DNA from: an uncultured Verrucomicrobiae bacterium
GTDB lineage: Bacteria > Verrucomicrobiota > Verrucomicrobiia > Chthoniobacterales > Chthoniobacteraceae
Assembly: GCA_963836755.1 (NCBI GenBank)
Contig: CAWIKF010000001.1
Span: 64,001-128,000, forward strand
Reading direction: 5' to 3'
Length of the DNA: 64,000 bases
Part shown: piece by piece, positions 46,016-56,049 of the stretch
How positions within the stretch are numbered: the stretch's first letter is position 1
Layout of the letters: every line of letters starts with the position of its first letter
Made by a program: the position numbers and the translations under genes
Notes under the pieces: generated by a model
Database searches by the model: none
Seen by the model: the letters and a program-made list of their open reading frames with translations, nothing else
Told to the model about the DNA's origin: nothing

Positions 46016-49000
46016 CGCTCTTTTGCGACTGGCTGAAGAGCGCCTTGACTTCCTTTTCACTCAACGCGCCGCGGCGCAAAGTAAAGTTTTTGATGCTGCC
46101 CTCAAAAGCGTGTTGGTGTTCCCACGGATCGGTCGCGCCCACACTAATGATAGGATCGGCATCCGCCCCAAATCGGGCATGGGCCTTGCCGATGGACTCG
46201 CCATCTTTATACAAGGCGACATTATCTCCGTTGAAGGTAACCGTCAGCATTTGCCAGCGTCCCACGTCGAGCGGCGAATTCGTCTTCACGTTTTTTCCAC
46301 CATGCCAAAATTCGATGCCATCCGGGTAAACGGCGAGGTAACGGGCACCGGCAGCGACGCTTGTTTTGTCCTCAGCTTTTCCGAAGCCAACAAGAATCAC
46401 CCGCTGCTCCGGCTTGGCTTCGGCCCTGACGAATACGTTCATGGTCCACGCATCTTTTTGGTGCACCGGAAGGTCCGATACGGGCTTGGTGACAGTCTCC
46501 GCAGGTAACTTCGCAGCGGCGAGGCTGTAGATGATATTGTCGGCCTTGAACGGCTTCGTCACCGGCACCATCTGATTCGCGGCCGGCGCAGTGTCCTTGA
46601 TTCCATGCAGTGCGACGGTGTAGGAAGTGCCGGAAATCAGGGGGCTGTCGAACACGAGGGTGGCGGTCATTCCATCCGGGGAAAGGCTGACCGTCGTTAC
46701 GGGCGCAGGCGGCTGAATGGTGTAGTTCTTCGCGTCCGATGCAGTGGCGTTGTCTAACGGTTCAGAGAAGGCAAGAATCAGGCTTTTCGCCTTGTCGGTG
46801 AAGGCGCTGAGGAGCTGGGGCGGATTGGTGTCGTGGATGTTGATCATGCCGCGAGTGATCGGCCCTTGCCGGCCACCTGTATCGATTTGCCGGACGGCGA
46901 TGTTGACCGTATCAGCCTTGTAAAACGGACCATCGTAAACCGGGGATGCCGCAGTCGGATCGCTGCCATCGAGCGTGTAGTGCAGATCGTGCGGGTGATA
47001 GTAGAGCGGCGGGATGAGCGAGATCTTCGTCGCATTCGCGAAGGTCTGGCCCGCCTGCGGAATAATCGGCGCGCCGCCCATTAGGTGATCGGCTAGCGTG
47101 TCGTATAGCGGCGCTGCGGGAGGAGTCGCTGCGGGCTGGCGGCTGACGCTGACCGCAAAGACGCGGATTTTTGGATTGTCCGGCAAGGTCAAATTCTTTG
47201 CTCCCTTGGGCAGGTCGTAACTGAGTTGGAAAAGATACGAAAACTCATAGTATGCGTCACCTTGGGGCGTGTTGTGATGAGTGGCGAACCAGGCTACGGG
47301 CGTGCGCTTGATGAAGCCCGGCGTAAGGCCAATCGGCGGGTCCTTATGCTCAACATTGAAGGCGTCGGCCTGCGCTTCCGAATATGCTCCCGTGTCTGCC
47401 GGATCCCAGACTCGGTTATCCCATTGGCCGATGAAGCCGGTCCAATTCGGCACGTCGAAGGGGTGGTCCGCGTTCCCGATCTTGATCTGGCTGGACGCAT
47501 CGCCATCGGCAGCGACGAGCAAATGGACGCGGTTGAACTCGCCGGCTGGTATTTCGAGCTTTTGGCCATGGGCAGCGAGTGCGTTCCTGGCCCCGTTCGC
47601 GATGGGGCCGAGCTTGAATTCAACGCCCTCGCGCGTGAGCTGCTGCGGGAACATTTCCGCCGGATAGGTTCCTCCATTCCCATCCATTGCGCCATCGTCG
47701 CGCTTCGCTCGGGAACTCGCGACATCCGTGTCGTAGGCGAGCGGCACGGACTGGCTGGTCACGGCTTCGACTGCCGCAGTGGGCGGAGCAAGCTTAATAG
47801 CGAAAGCGCGAAGTCCGTAACCTTTCATGTCAAAACTGAGCGCCCCATTCGTGACCGTCGCGCTGCCGACGGAGCGCTCTTGCGCGTCAATTTCCCGAGC
47901 GGCCGTGATGGCCGTGGCACCGTGAAGGAGCAGGCCGGTGGCAGGTTTGCCGGTAAGTTCCTTAAACCTGACGACGATTTCCTTGGAGTCCTCCGCCTGC
48001 TTGACGGCCATGATCTGGACTTGGTCGCTGCCGAGGGAAAGTAACGAAAAAGTTTTACCCAAGGCACCGGCGTGAGCTGCGGGTAGGAAGGCCCGAAGCG
48101 GCTGATTCAATCGTGCGGCCTGCGTAGGGGTGTGGCCTGCAACCCAGTCACGCTGATGAGCAGCCAGAGCCAGGAGAATTTCATGCCGCCCGATGTCTTG
48201 ACTTGCTTGATCGTTCGGCCCGCGCCCTGGGGCTGGCGTATAGATCATGGTCGTCCGAAGCGTATGATCATCGGGTTTGTCTGATCCGTATTTGGAATCG
48301 TTTAAAACCGATACACCGAACGCTCCTCCCGTATCGGTGAGATCCATCCACTGTTGCTGGGACATCTCGAAGCATTTCGGGTTGTTGTTGCCGCGCTTCA
48401 CAACGCCAACCTTGTCCTCAAACGCACCGTCCGGATTACCGGCGGCAAAATGAAAATCTGCGCGCAGGCTCGCTTCCAATGAACGCCAGTCGATGTTGTT
48501 GAGGATCTCCACGCGATCACCCGCACTGCCCGCGGCCAGACGAATTTCCTGAGTGAAAACGGAATTTTCCGTTACTCGTTTCACCTCGAGTGTCACTCGC
48601 GCCGGGCCATTTTCCGCGATGCGGAACTTGGCAGGACCACTGACATAATTGCGTGCGGGTTTTACGCGGTCTTCGTAATACATGTTCCAAGAGGGATACG
48701 CCGGGGGATTTTCCGGGTTGATGGAGAGACGCGCCGGAGCGGAAAGCAACTCGCGCTTGAGCGATTTATCAAAGATTGACGCGATATCTCCGGCGGCGTT
48801 CAACGTGACGCGGTAGCGGGCATTCTCCAGCGAGTTTTCGGTGACATTCAACTTGGGCTCGGAGATAGGGCCTGCGCCCGGGCGCAAATCGTAGATGGCG
48901 TAGCCGAGGGAGGGTGCCTTGGCGATAAAGAGCACTTTCAGTGAGTTGCTGTCGTGAGCAAGAATCTGGGTCGGCACGGGTTGACCTTGGGAATCGTAGG

Positions 49001-50342
49001 CTGTGATCGAGGCGGGCACGTCTCCCTTGAAGGGGATACTGGCCTCGACCGCGTCTTCGCGTTCGATTGCCAGGGGATTGTAGACCGCGACTGGCGTGCC
49101 CTGCGCACTGGTATCCATGCGGGAGATGACTGCAGCGGAAGCCGTTTCCGTAACGGAAGCGAATTGGTTCAGGGCCAGCACCTCGTCGTTCCACGAGTAT
49201 TCGTAAGCTTTCGGCACGCTCGTGCCGGGCATGATGTCGTGCATTTGTGAACCCAAGACGAGGTCCCATCCTTGGTAGAGTGGGTCATAAGGGTAGGCGA
49301 AAGCACCAAGCCAGGAAGCGGTCGTCGCCGCCCCTTCGGCTGCAGCCGCAAGTTGCTCGTTTTTGCGGTTCCAACGCTTCATGTAAGCCTCCGAACTGAG
49401 CGATCCAGCCGAGTGATTGACCAACTCGAGTTCGCCCGTATAGGTGGGTAATTTGGCTGCGTCAGCGGGCGTGAGATCGCGGAAGATTTGATCGGAACTG
49501 CCTTCGATGACCCGCACCGGGCCGCCGCTGACCAGCGCGCGCTCCACCCAATCGACCGTGGATGCCTTGGCGGCGCCGCCTCGATCACCGATGCCAAAAT
49601 ATTTGAAGTCGGCGTAAATGCCGGAATTGTCCCCGTCCTCGGTAATGCGCTTGAGCCACATCGGGCTCTTGCTGAGGTCCTCGTTGATTTGATTGCCGTA
49701 GCCGCCCGGGTTCAGCGCGGCCATCACTGATGAGCCATCTGGGCCATACCAGACACCGACATTGAAAGGTATGCCCACGGCCGAGCCCCAAGTCAGTTTT
49801 TGGGTGGAGAATCCCTTGAGGCCGCCATGCGCCATGATCGTCGGCAAAGAGGCGGGAAAACCAAAGCAATCCGGCAGGATGAAATCGTCATTTTGCTTTC
49901 CGAACTCGTGCTCGAAGAAATGATTTCCGTAAAGAAAGTGGCGGGTGACCGATTCGAGTGAGGGGATGTTGACGTCGCATTCATCGACTGATGATCCCGA
50001 TGGCACCCACCGACCTTCGGCCACATATTTTATCACCTTCGCATAATCCTCCGGATAGTATTCCTTCATGAATTCGTAACGGCGCGAGCCAGTGAAGTTG
50101 AAGACGTAGTTGGGATACTTTTCCAGAAGAGGAAAATTCTGCTCCATCGTGTTCAGGATATAGTCCCGAGTGGTTTGCGGATAAGTCCAACGCCACTCCG
50201 TATCCAAGTGGGCGTAACCCATGATATAGAGGTTTTTGTCGTGCGCGAAGTCAACCGGTTTGAGAGGTAACTTTTTATAGTCCTCGCCTAGGAGCGAAAC
50301 GGTGGTGAGGCAAAGACCAACAATCAGGATGGAAAATTTCAT
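46008..50342 (-). CDS. Multimodular GH38 alpha-mannosidase with C-terminal Fn3/chitobiase-like, Ig-like and LamG-like domains
   Basis: Signal peptide; YAHLDTEWRW; ILPDCFG; HDIMPG; LLN-like VLNDSKYG; HYTLDGSDPT; LAFSEPLD...NYTI; WQMLTVTF..LYKDG. Confidence 0.93.
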   Translation of the reverse strand: MKFSILIVGLCLTTVSLLGEDYKKLPLKPVDFAHDKNLYIMGYAHLDTEWRWTYPQTTRDYILNTMEQNFPLLEKYPNYVFNFTGSRRYEFMKEYYPEDYAKVIKYVAEGRWVPSGSSVDECDVNIPSLESVTRHFLYGNHFFEHEFGKQNDDFILPDCFGFPASLPTIMAHGGLKGFSTQKLTWGSAVGIPFNVGVWYGPDGSSVMAALNPGGYGNQINEDLSKSPMWLKRITEDGDNSGIYADFKYFGIGDRGGAAKASTVDWVERALVSGGPVRVIEGSSDQIFRDLTPADAAKLPTYTGELELVNHSAGSLSSEAYMKRWNRKNEQLAAAAEGAATTASWLGAFAYPYDPLYQGWDLVLGSQMHDIMPGTSVPKAYEYSWNDEVLALNQFASVTETASAAVISRMDTSAQGTPVAVYNPLAIEREDAVEASIPFKGDVPASITAYDSQGQPVPTQILAHDSNSLKVLFIAKAPSLGYAIYDLRPGAGPISEPKLNVTENSLENARYRVTLNAAGDIASIFDKSLKRELLSAPARLSINPENPPAYPSWNMYYEDRVKPARNYVSGPAKFRIAENGPARVTLEVKRVTENSVFTQEIRLAAGSAGDRVEILNNIDWRSLEASLRADFHFAAGNPDGAFEDKVGVVKRGNNNPKCFEMSQQQWMDLTDTGGAFGVSVLNDSKYGSDKPDDHTLRTTMIYTPAPGRGPNDQASQDIGRHEILLALAAHQRDWVAGHTPTQAARLNQPLRAFLPAAHAGALGKTFSLLSLGSDQVQIMAVKQAEDSKEIVVRFKELTGKPATGLLLHGATAITAAREIDAQERSVGSATVTNGALSFDMKGYGLRAFAIKLAPPTAAVEAVTSQSVPLAYDTDVASSRAKRDDGAMDGNGGTYPAEMFPQQLTREGVEFKLGPIANGARNALAAHGQKLEIPAGEFNRVHLLVAADGDASSQIKIGNADHPFDVPNWTGFIGQWDNRVWDPADTGAYSEAQADAFNVEHKDPPIGLTPGFIKRTPVAWFATHHNTPQGDAYYEFSYLFQLSYDLPKGAKNLTLPDNPKIRVFAVSVSRQPAATPPAAPLYDTLADHLMGGAPIIPQAGQTFANATKISLIPPLYYHPHDLHYTLDGSDPTAASPVYDGPFYKADTVNIAVRQIDTGGRQGPITRGMINIHDTNPPQLLSAFTDKAKSLILAFSEPLDNATASDAKNYTIQPPAPVTTVSLSPDGMTATLVFDSPLISGTSYTVALHGIKDTAPAANQMVPVTKPFKADNIIYSLAAAKLPAETVTKPVSDLPVHQKDAWTMNVFVRAEAKPEQRVILVGFGKAEDKTSVAAGARYLAVYPDGIEFWHGGKNVKTNSPLDVGRWQMLTVTFNGDNVALYKDGESIGKAHARFGADADPIISVGATDPWEHQHAFEGSIKNFTLRRGALSEKEVKALFSQSQKSGE

Positions 50343-50547
50343 AGTTTAAGACATTTGAGGGCGAAGCTGGGATCAACACTAACCCGGGATATCGGAAAAA
50401 GTTTCGCGAGTATTTGCCGCCGAAGTGATTATGCGAAGATATTTTTCTGAGGTGCCACCGGCCAGCGGGTGAATCGACTCCCGTCTTTTTCAATGAAGAC
50501 CTCGACGCACAGGAGCAACAGTGTTAAGACTAACCGTGTTGCTCGAT

Positions 50548-52926
50548 ATGAAACCTCCAATGCCTTTTCGCATCGTCAGGGGACTTTTGCTCGTAGGATT
50601 CTTAACCCTGTCTTGTAGCGCGTCAAAGGCCAAAGACCCTGCAGATTACGTCAATCCGATGATTGGGACTTCTAGCATGAATCCGACAAAGGAGGAGAGA
50701 GCCCGACTTCCGCAAATGGACCCGAACTTTGATGGGTTTCATGGCAAGCTTTTTCCCGGTGCATGCACGCCTGCGGGAATGGTGCAGCTTAGCCCAGATA
50801 CCATCACCGGCGGAGATAATGGCGCCGGTTATTGTTATCCGCACTCAACAATACAAGGCTTCAGCTTTCAACATATGAGTGGCGTAGGAGCGAACGGGGA
50901 CTTGGGAAATTTCATGGTGATGCCCACGACGGGTCCACTCCAAACGTGGTATGGTGAAACGGACAGGCCCGGAACCGGCTACCTTTCCTCCTATACAAAA
51001 GGCAGCGAGGTCGCCAAGGCCGGTTACTATGCGGTCACCCTGGATGATTACAAAGTAAGGGCTGAGATGACCGCGGCTCCCCGCAGCGGCATTCTGCGCT
51101 TTACGTTTTCCAAGGATCCGGCGGCCCGGATTCAGATCGACTTGGCTCGACGGATCGGCGGCACATCACTTCATCAAACGGTGAAGGTAGTCGACGATCA
51201 TACAATTGAGGGAAAGATCGACTGCACTCGTCAGGGTGGCGGCTTTATGGGCGGCAAGGTGGCCTATTCACTTTACTACCACGCGGAGTTCAGCCGGCCG
51301 CTGAAAAGTTTCGGAGTTTGGAGCGCCACTTTACCGGCTAACTACAAAGCGCCAAGCACGGCAAAGCCGGAATTTGTTAAAGCCTGTCAGGCTGCCGAAA
51401 AGCTGCCGGGATGCCGGGAGAAGGAAGGCGAGCACCTTGGCTTTTATGCTGAATTCCCAACCGAAGATAAGGACGTGATTATGCTTAAAGCTGGCATTTC
51501 GTATGTCAGCATCGACAACGCCCGCGCCAATCTCGCCGCGGAAATACCCGCTTGGGATTTCGACGCTGCACGCCAGCAGGCGCACGACCTTTGGGTCAAA
51601 GCTCTCAATCGCGTGTCGGTAGAAGGAGGCACCGAGGATCAAAAAACCATTTTCTACACCTCGATCTATCACGCGCTAGTCGATCCGCGGATTTACTCCG
51701 ACATCAATGGCGACTATCCCGGCGCCGACGGCAAGGTCCATCAGGCGAAAGGCTTCATCAAACGCACTGTTTTCAGCGGCTGGGATATCTATCGCAGCCA
51801 GTTTCCATTATTGACGATCATTGCTCCAGATATCATTAACGATCAAATCAACAGCGTGGTCGATCTGGCTGAGCAGAACGGCACCCATTATTTCGATCGC
51901 TGGGAATTGTTCAATTCCTACACCGGATGCATGTGCGGAAGCCCGGAGGTGATAGTGATCAATGATGCCTATCAAAAGGGCATTCGTAACTTCGACGTGG
52001 CCAAAGCCTACGAATACTCGGTCAATACCTGCAACAAAGACGGCAACAAACCCGGTTCGCATGGAGTCTCGGTTCCTTTGGAAAACAATTTTGCGGCTTG
52101 GAACCTATCGAAGTTGGCCGCTTCTCTCGGGAAAGCCGATGATACGAAAAAGTATTTGGATCGGGCGCAGGAGTATCATCTCCTCTTCAATCCCGATGCG
52201 CCGTGGACCTATGACAAGTCAGGCAAGACGGAGCATCGCGATTGGAAAGGTTGGTTTTGCGATAAGGACAAGAACGGAAATTGGGTGCCATGGGAGGGGC
52301 TTACTTCCGGCAAGGGCGGGATGGAATCGACCATTTTCCAGAACGGCTGGTTTGTCCCTCACGATATTCCCGGTTTGATCCAACTTCTCGGCGGTAAGGA
52401 CCAGTTCGTGGCCAAGCTGAGCGATTTCTTTGACCGCACGCCCAAGCTCAACAGGTGGAACTCTTACTACAACCAGTCCAATGAGCCGAGTCACCTCATT
52501 CCGTTTCTTTTCAATCGGGCCGGCGCGCCTTGGCTGACGCAAAAATGGGTGCGTCGCATTTGCACGGAAGCCTACGGGGCTAGTCCGAATGGACTTAGCG
52601 GCGACGATGACGAGGGCCAGGTCTCGGCTTGGTATGTTCTTGGCGCAAGCGGCCTGGCTCAGGCTTGCCCGGGTGATCCCCGTTATGAGATTTTCACTCC
52701 GCTTTTCGACAAGGTTACTTTGAATCTCAATGCCAAATACTCAAAGGGAAATGCCTTTGTCATCACAGCCAAGAACAATTCTCCCGAAAATGTTTACATC
52801 CAATCGGCTACGCTCAACGGTCAACCGATCAACCGCTGCTGGTTGAGTTATTCTGAAATAACGGATGGGGGAACACTCGATCTCATCCTAGGTCCTCAGC
52901 CGAATACGAGTTGCGGCGTTCAATAA
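50548..52926 (+). CDS. GH92 alpha-mannosidase
   Basis: YVNPMIGT; PGACTPAGMVQLSPDT; FSFQHMSGVG; FSGWDIYRS; NQSNEPSH; GDDDEGQVSAWYV. Confidence 0.95.
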   Translation: MKPPMPFRIVRGLLLVGFLTLSCSASKAKDPADYVNPMIGTSSMNPTKEERARLPQMDPNFDGFHGKLFPGACTPAGMVQLSPDTITGGDNGAGYCYPHSTIQGFSFQHMSGVGANGDLGNFMVMPTTGPLQTWYGETDRPGTGYLSSYTKGSEVAKAGYYAVTLDDYKVRAEMTAAPRSGILRFTFSKDPAARIQIDLARRIGGTSLHQTVKVVDDHTIEGKIDCTRQGGGFMGGKVAYSLYYHAEFSRPLKSFGVWSATLPANYKAPSTAKPEFVKACQAAEKLPGCREKEGEHLGFYAEFPTEDKDVIMLKAGISYVSIDNARANLAAEIPAWDFDAARQQAHDLWVKALNRVSVEGGTEDQKTIFYTSIYHALVDPRIYSDINGDYPGADGKVHQAKGFIKRTVFSGWDIYRSQFPLLTIIAPDIINDQINSVVDLAEQNGTHYFDRWELFNSYTGCMCGSPEVIVINDAYQKGIRNFDVAKAYEYSVNTCNKDGNKPGSHGVSVPLENNFAAWNLSKLAASLGKADDTKKYLDRAQEYHLLFNPDAPWTYDKSGKTEHRDWKGWFCDKDKNGNWVPWEGLTSGKGGMESTIFQNGWFVPHDIPGLIQLLGGKDQFVAKLSDFFDRTPKLNRWNSYYNQSNEPSHLIPFLFNRAGAPWLTQKWVRRICTEAYGASPNGLSGDDDEGQVSAWYVLGASGLAQACPGDPRYEIFTPLFDKVTLNLNAKYSKGNAFVITAKNNSPENVYIQSATLNGQPINRCWLSYSEITDGGTLDLILGPQPNTSCGVQ

Positions 52927-52945
52927 CAGCCTGCTACCTTTATCC

Positions 52946-55210
52946 ATGCACAAGATATCGCGGATCATATTGGCGTGGCTCATCGTTTCCGTGTCCATGC
53001 GGGCTGACGAAGCGAATCCAACGAGCTCTCCAGCGCTTCTAAAGTATGTTAACATTCTTCAGGGAGTTGACTCCACCAGAGGGTTATCGCACGGCAATAC
53101 CCTTCCTCTGGTTGGTATGCCCTGGGGAATGACCGATTGGACTATTCAGGATCCAAAGGCGTTCTTGAATCCCAAGGGCAAAGTTTCGGGTTTTCGCGCC
53201 ACCCATGAACCGAGCCCTTGGATGGGAGACTACGGCCAATTCGTCCTGATGCCACAGAGTGGTGTGTTAGCGATGGACACCAAATCCCGTGCTTCTGAAT
53301 ACGATGCCAGTAGTCTTGTCTTGGAGCCTGATTATGAACGGGTTGATTTCACTAAATACCGGGTCACCTCGGAACTAACTCCCACCGAGAGATGCGCTGT
53401 TTTTCGTCTTACCTACCATCAGGGTGATACCGGCAGGTTGCTTTTCAATGCTTCTGGAGGATCTGAGATCCAGATTGAGGGCCGCACCATCAGGGGCTCG
53501 AGTCGAATCACTCATATCACTCATGGAGTTGGTCCTGGGAACTCTTCTCATTTTTTCGTCATCGAATTGGACCGCGAGATTACTAAGAATGACACTTTCA
53601 TCAACAACATCGCGACGGGTGCGAGTTCTGCGACGGGAAATAATGCCGCGGGTTACGTAGAGTTTAAGATCACTCCTAATGTCCCAGTCGAAGTGCGGGT
53701 GGGGACCTCCTTCATCAGTTGGGAACAAGCGGAGCAAAATCTCCAGTCTGAAACCTCCCGAGGATTCGATGCGGCACGTTCCCTGGCGCACAAAACGTGG
53801 AATGACAGCCTAGGTGCAATTTCAATCGATGCCAGCGAGGCTCAGAAACGGACTTTTTATTCCTGTCTCTATCGAGCCCAAATGTTTCCCCGCCGTCTCT
53901 ACGAGTTAAATTCAGCAGGAAAACCGATCCATCATAGTCCCTACGATGGAAAGATCCATGAGGGCGTTTTGTATGGAGATATCGGTATCTGGGACGCGTT
54001 CCGGACAACCTTCCCGTTGATCACTATTCTTTACCCCTCGCAAGTCGCTGAGATTCTTCAGGGCTTTCTCAACGCTTCCAAGGAGGGAGGCTCGCTGCCA
54101 GAATGGCCCAGCCCAGGATATCGCGATTGCATGATCGGTGAGCACTGCGCGGCTATCTTTGCCGACGCGGTCGTCAAGGGCATAACCGGGTTTGATGTGG
54201 CAAGCGCATACCAGTCGCTTAAAAAAAGCGCTTTCGAGCCGCCTGCACATGGTGTGCTGGTGAGAAGGGGTTTGGGCGATTACATGAAGCTCGGTTACAT
54301 CCCGAACGGAGCCAGCACGTATGCCCTCTCCGCCACTCTCGATTATGCATACGATGACTGGTGTGTCGCGCAGATCGCCAAGCAGCAGCACGAACCCGAC
54401 GTTTATCAGTCGCTCATGAAGCGCTCCCAAAATTATCGTTTCCTCTGGGATCCCAAGGTGGGTTTTATGCGTCCTAAGAATGCCGATGGCCAATGGGTTG
54501 AGCCCTTTGATGAATTTGCCTGGGGAGGCTCCTATGCAGAGAGCGGCCCCTGGCAAAGCAGCTGGTTTGTGCCCCACGATCCGGCAGGCTTGATCGGTCT
54601 GATCGGCGGGCCGGAAAAGATGACGGCAAAACTAGATGCCATGCTGGCAATACCGCCTACTTTTCACGTGGGCGGGTATGGCCACGTCATCCATGAAATG
54701 ACGGAAATGGCCGCGGCTCATTTTGGGCAATATGCTCAGTCTAATCAGCCGTCCTTCGATAATCTCTATCTTTTCACCGCAGCTGGGCAGCCGTGGAAGA
54801 CGGAATACTGGACGCGGCGCGTTTGTGCGGAGATGTTCGATTCTAGCCCCAGGGGTTTTCCCGGCGATGAAGATAATGGGTCGATGGCTAGCTGGTTCAT
54901 CCTTAGCTCCGTTGGTCTCTATCCATTTTGTCCTGGCACTTCGACCTACCTCTTTACCAGCCCTCAATTTTCTAAAGTCACCTTGCATCTCCCCAGAGAT
55001 AGAGAGTTTGTCATCACGGCTCCGACCAACAGTGACAAAAATGTCTATGTGCAAAGCCGCACCTTAAATGGCAGCGACTACACACAGACAGGCATTCCCT
55101 ACAGCGAGATTATGCAAGGTGGCGTAGTGAATATGGAAATGGGGCCAGAGGCGAAGACCCGTTCGGTGGAGGCCCATGATTTGCCCTACTCGGCAACTCC
55201 GTATAAATAG
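52946..55210 (+). CDS. GH92 alpha-mannosidase (alpha-1,2-type motifs)
   Basis: SHGNTLP; THEPSPWMGDYG; GIWDAFRT; VIHEMTEM; QSNQP; GDEDNGSMASW. Confidence 0.95.
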   Translation: MHKISRIILAWLIVSVSMRADEANPTSSPALLKYVNILQGVDSTRGLSHGNTLPLVGMPWGMTDWTIQDPKAFLNPKGKVSGFRATHEPSPWMGDYGQFVLMPQSGVLAMDTKSRASEYDASSLVLEPDYERVDFTKYRVTSELTPTERCAVFRLTYHQGDTGRLLFNASGGSEIQIEGRTIRGSSRITHITHGVGPGNSSHFFVIELDREITKNDTFINNIATGASSATGNNAAGYVEFKITPNVPVEVRVGTSFISWEQAEQNLQSETSRGFDAARSLAHKTWNDSLGAISIDASEAQKRTFYSCLYRAQMFPRRLYELNSAGKPIHHSPYDGKIHEGVLYGDIGIWDAFRTTFPLITILYPSQVAEILQGFLNASKEGGSLPEWPSPGYRDCMIGEHCAAIFADAVVKGITGFDVASAYQSLKKSAFEPPAHGVLVRRGLGDYMKLGYIPNGASTYALSATLDYAYDDWCVAQIAKQQHEPDVYQSLMKRSQNYRFLWDPKVGFMRPKNADGQWVEPFDEFAWGGSYAESGPWQSSWFVPHDPAGLIGLIGGPEKMTAKLDAMLAIPPTFHVGGYGHVIHEMTEMAAAHFGQYAQSNQPSFDNLYLFTAAGQPWKTEYWTRRVCAEMFDSSPRGFPGDEDNGSMASWFILSSVGLYPFCPGTSTYLFTSPQFSKVTLHLPRDREFVITAPTNSDKNVYVQSRTLNGSDYTQTGIPYSEIMQGGVVNMEMGPEAKTRSVEAHDLPYSATPYK

Positions 55211-55250
55211 CGGGTAGTTTAGTCAAAGTCCCGTGCCCGAGTTTTCATCG

Positions 55251-56036
55251 CTAATCTGACGAACGCGGGACGGTCAATCGCTTGATGCCTTCCACAGTAA
55301 AGTCGGCGTCGGTGTAAGTCACATCATGCCGGATGCGAGAGCCATCGAGTTCGGTGGATGAACCGGGTCGCGGGCCGCGCACGGTAAGATTTGCAGGGAT
55401 CTGATGGCCGGCGTCGGCGACGACTCGGGTAGTGTCGATGCGGCGGAGTAATTGCCCGGAACTAGAATATTTCTCGACGCGGAGTGGGACGATGCGCCGT
55501 GTGTCGATCCAGCTTCTCACGCTGCCATAGGTGGAGCGTTCGCCTTTGCCGGGCTTTGATTCGAGGATCTGGCAGTTCACGCCGTCCACGTCTTCGGCAC
55601 CGACTATCGCCTGCCGGTCCCACGCGAAAAAGTTCTCGACGATGTCTTCATACGAAAGGTCGCTGCCGAGCAGCGATGCTTTCACGTCTTCGATTGCGCG
55701 TAAGGTGTCCGGCGGCACGAAGGCGGAACCGCTGGCCGGGCGGTTGCCGATCTTCCGCAGCAGCACGGACTCGCCTTTGCGCTCTTTCGGGAAAAGGACC
55801 TGATAGACGACTTCGGTCGCGCTCGCGGTGCGGCGCTGTTTGATCTGAAGCTGGAGAGTTTCCTCCGCGGCGCCTTTGATGTCCATTTTCAAACGCACAT
55901 AAGACGCGCCGCCCTGCTGGAGTGCGCTGAGGCGGGAGGCGAGTTCGCTTGCACTGGCCGGTGCTGCGTCGCCGGCGGCATGCACCTTGAAAGCGATAGC
56001 GACGCTCATGATCGAGATCAGACGGAAGGAGTTCAT
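55251..56036 (-). CDS. Outer-membrane lipoprotein-sorting (LolA-like) protein
   Basis: Signal peptide; LLGSDLSYED; YGSVRSWID...PLRVEKYSSSGQLLR; last gene of the ABC/PKS operon. Confidence 0.8.
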   Translation of the reverse strand: MNSFRLISIMSVAIAFKVHAAGDAAPASASELASRLSALQQGGASYVRLKMDIKGAAEETLQLQIKQRRTASATEVVYQVLFPKERKGESVLLRKIGNRPASGSAFVPPDTLRAIEDVKASLLGSDLSYEDIVENFFAWDRQAIVGAEDVDGVNCQILESKPGKGERSTYGSVRSWIDTRRIVPLRVEKYSSSGQLLRRIDTTRVVADAGHQIPANLTVRGPRPGSSTELDGSRIRHDVTYTDADFTVEGIKRLTVPRSSD

Positions 56037-56049
56037 ACGATTTGATTCG

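Noticed and set aside
44897..46036. 379-aa plus-strand ORF (likewise 1311..2447, 17988..18956 and 59481..60398)
   Set aside because: Antisense shadows of well-supported genes on the other strand.
42849..55250. Intact integrative element or prophage at tRNA-Thr
   Set aside because: No integrase, transposase or phage genes, and no duplicated tRNA 3' end was found by eye in the window.
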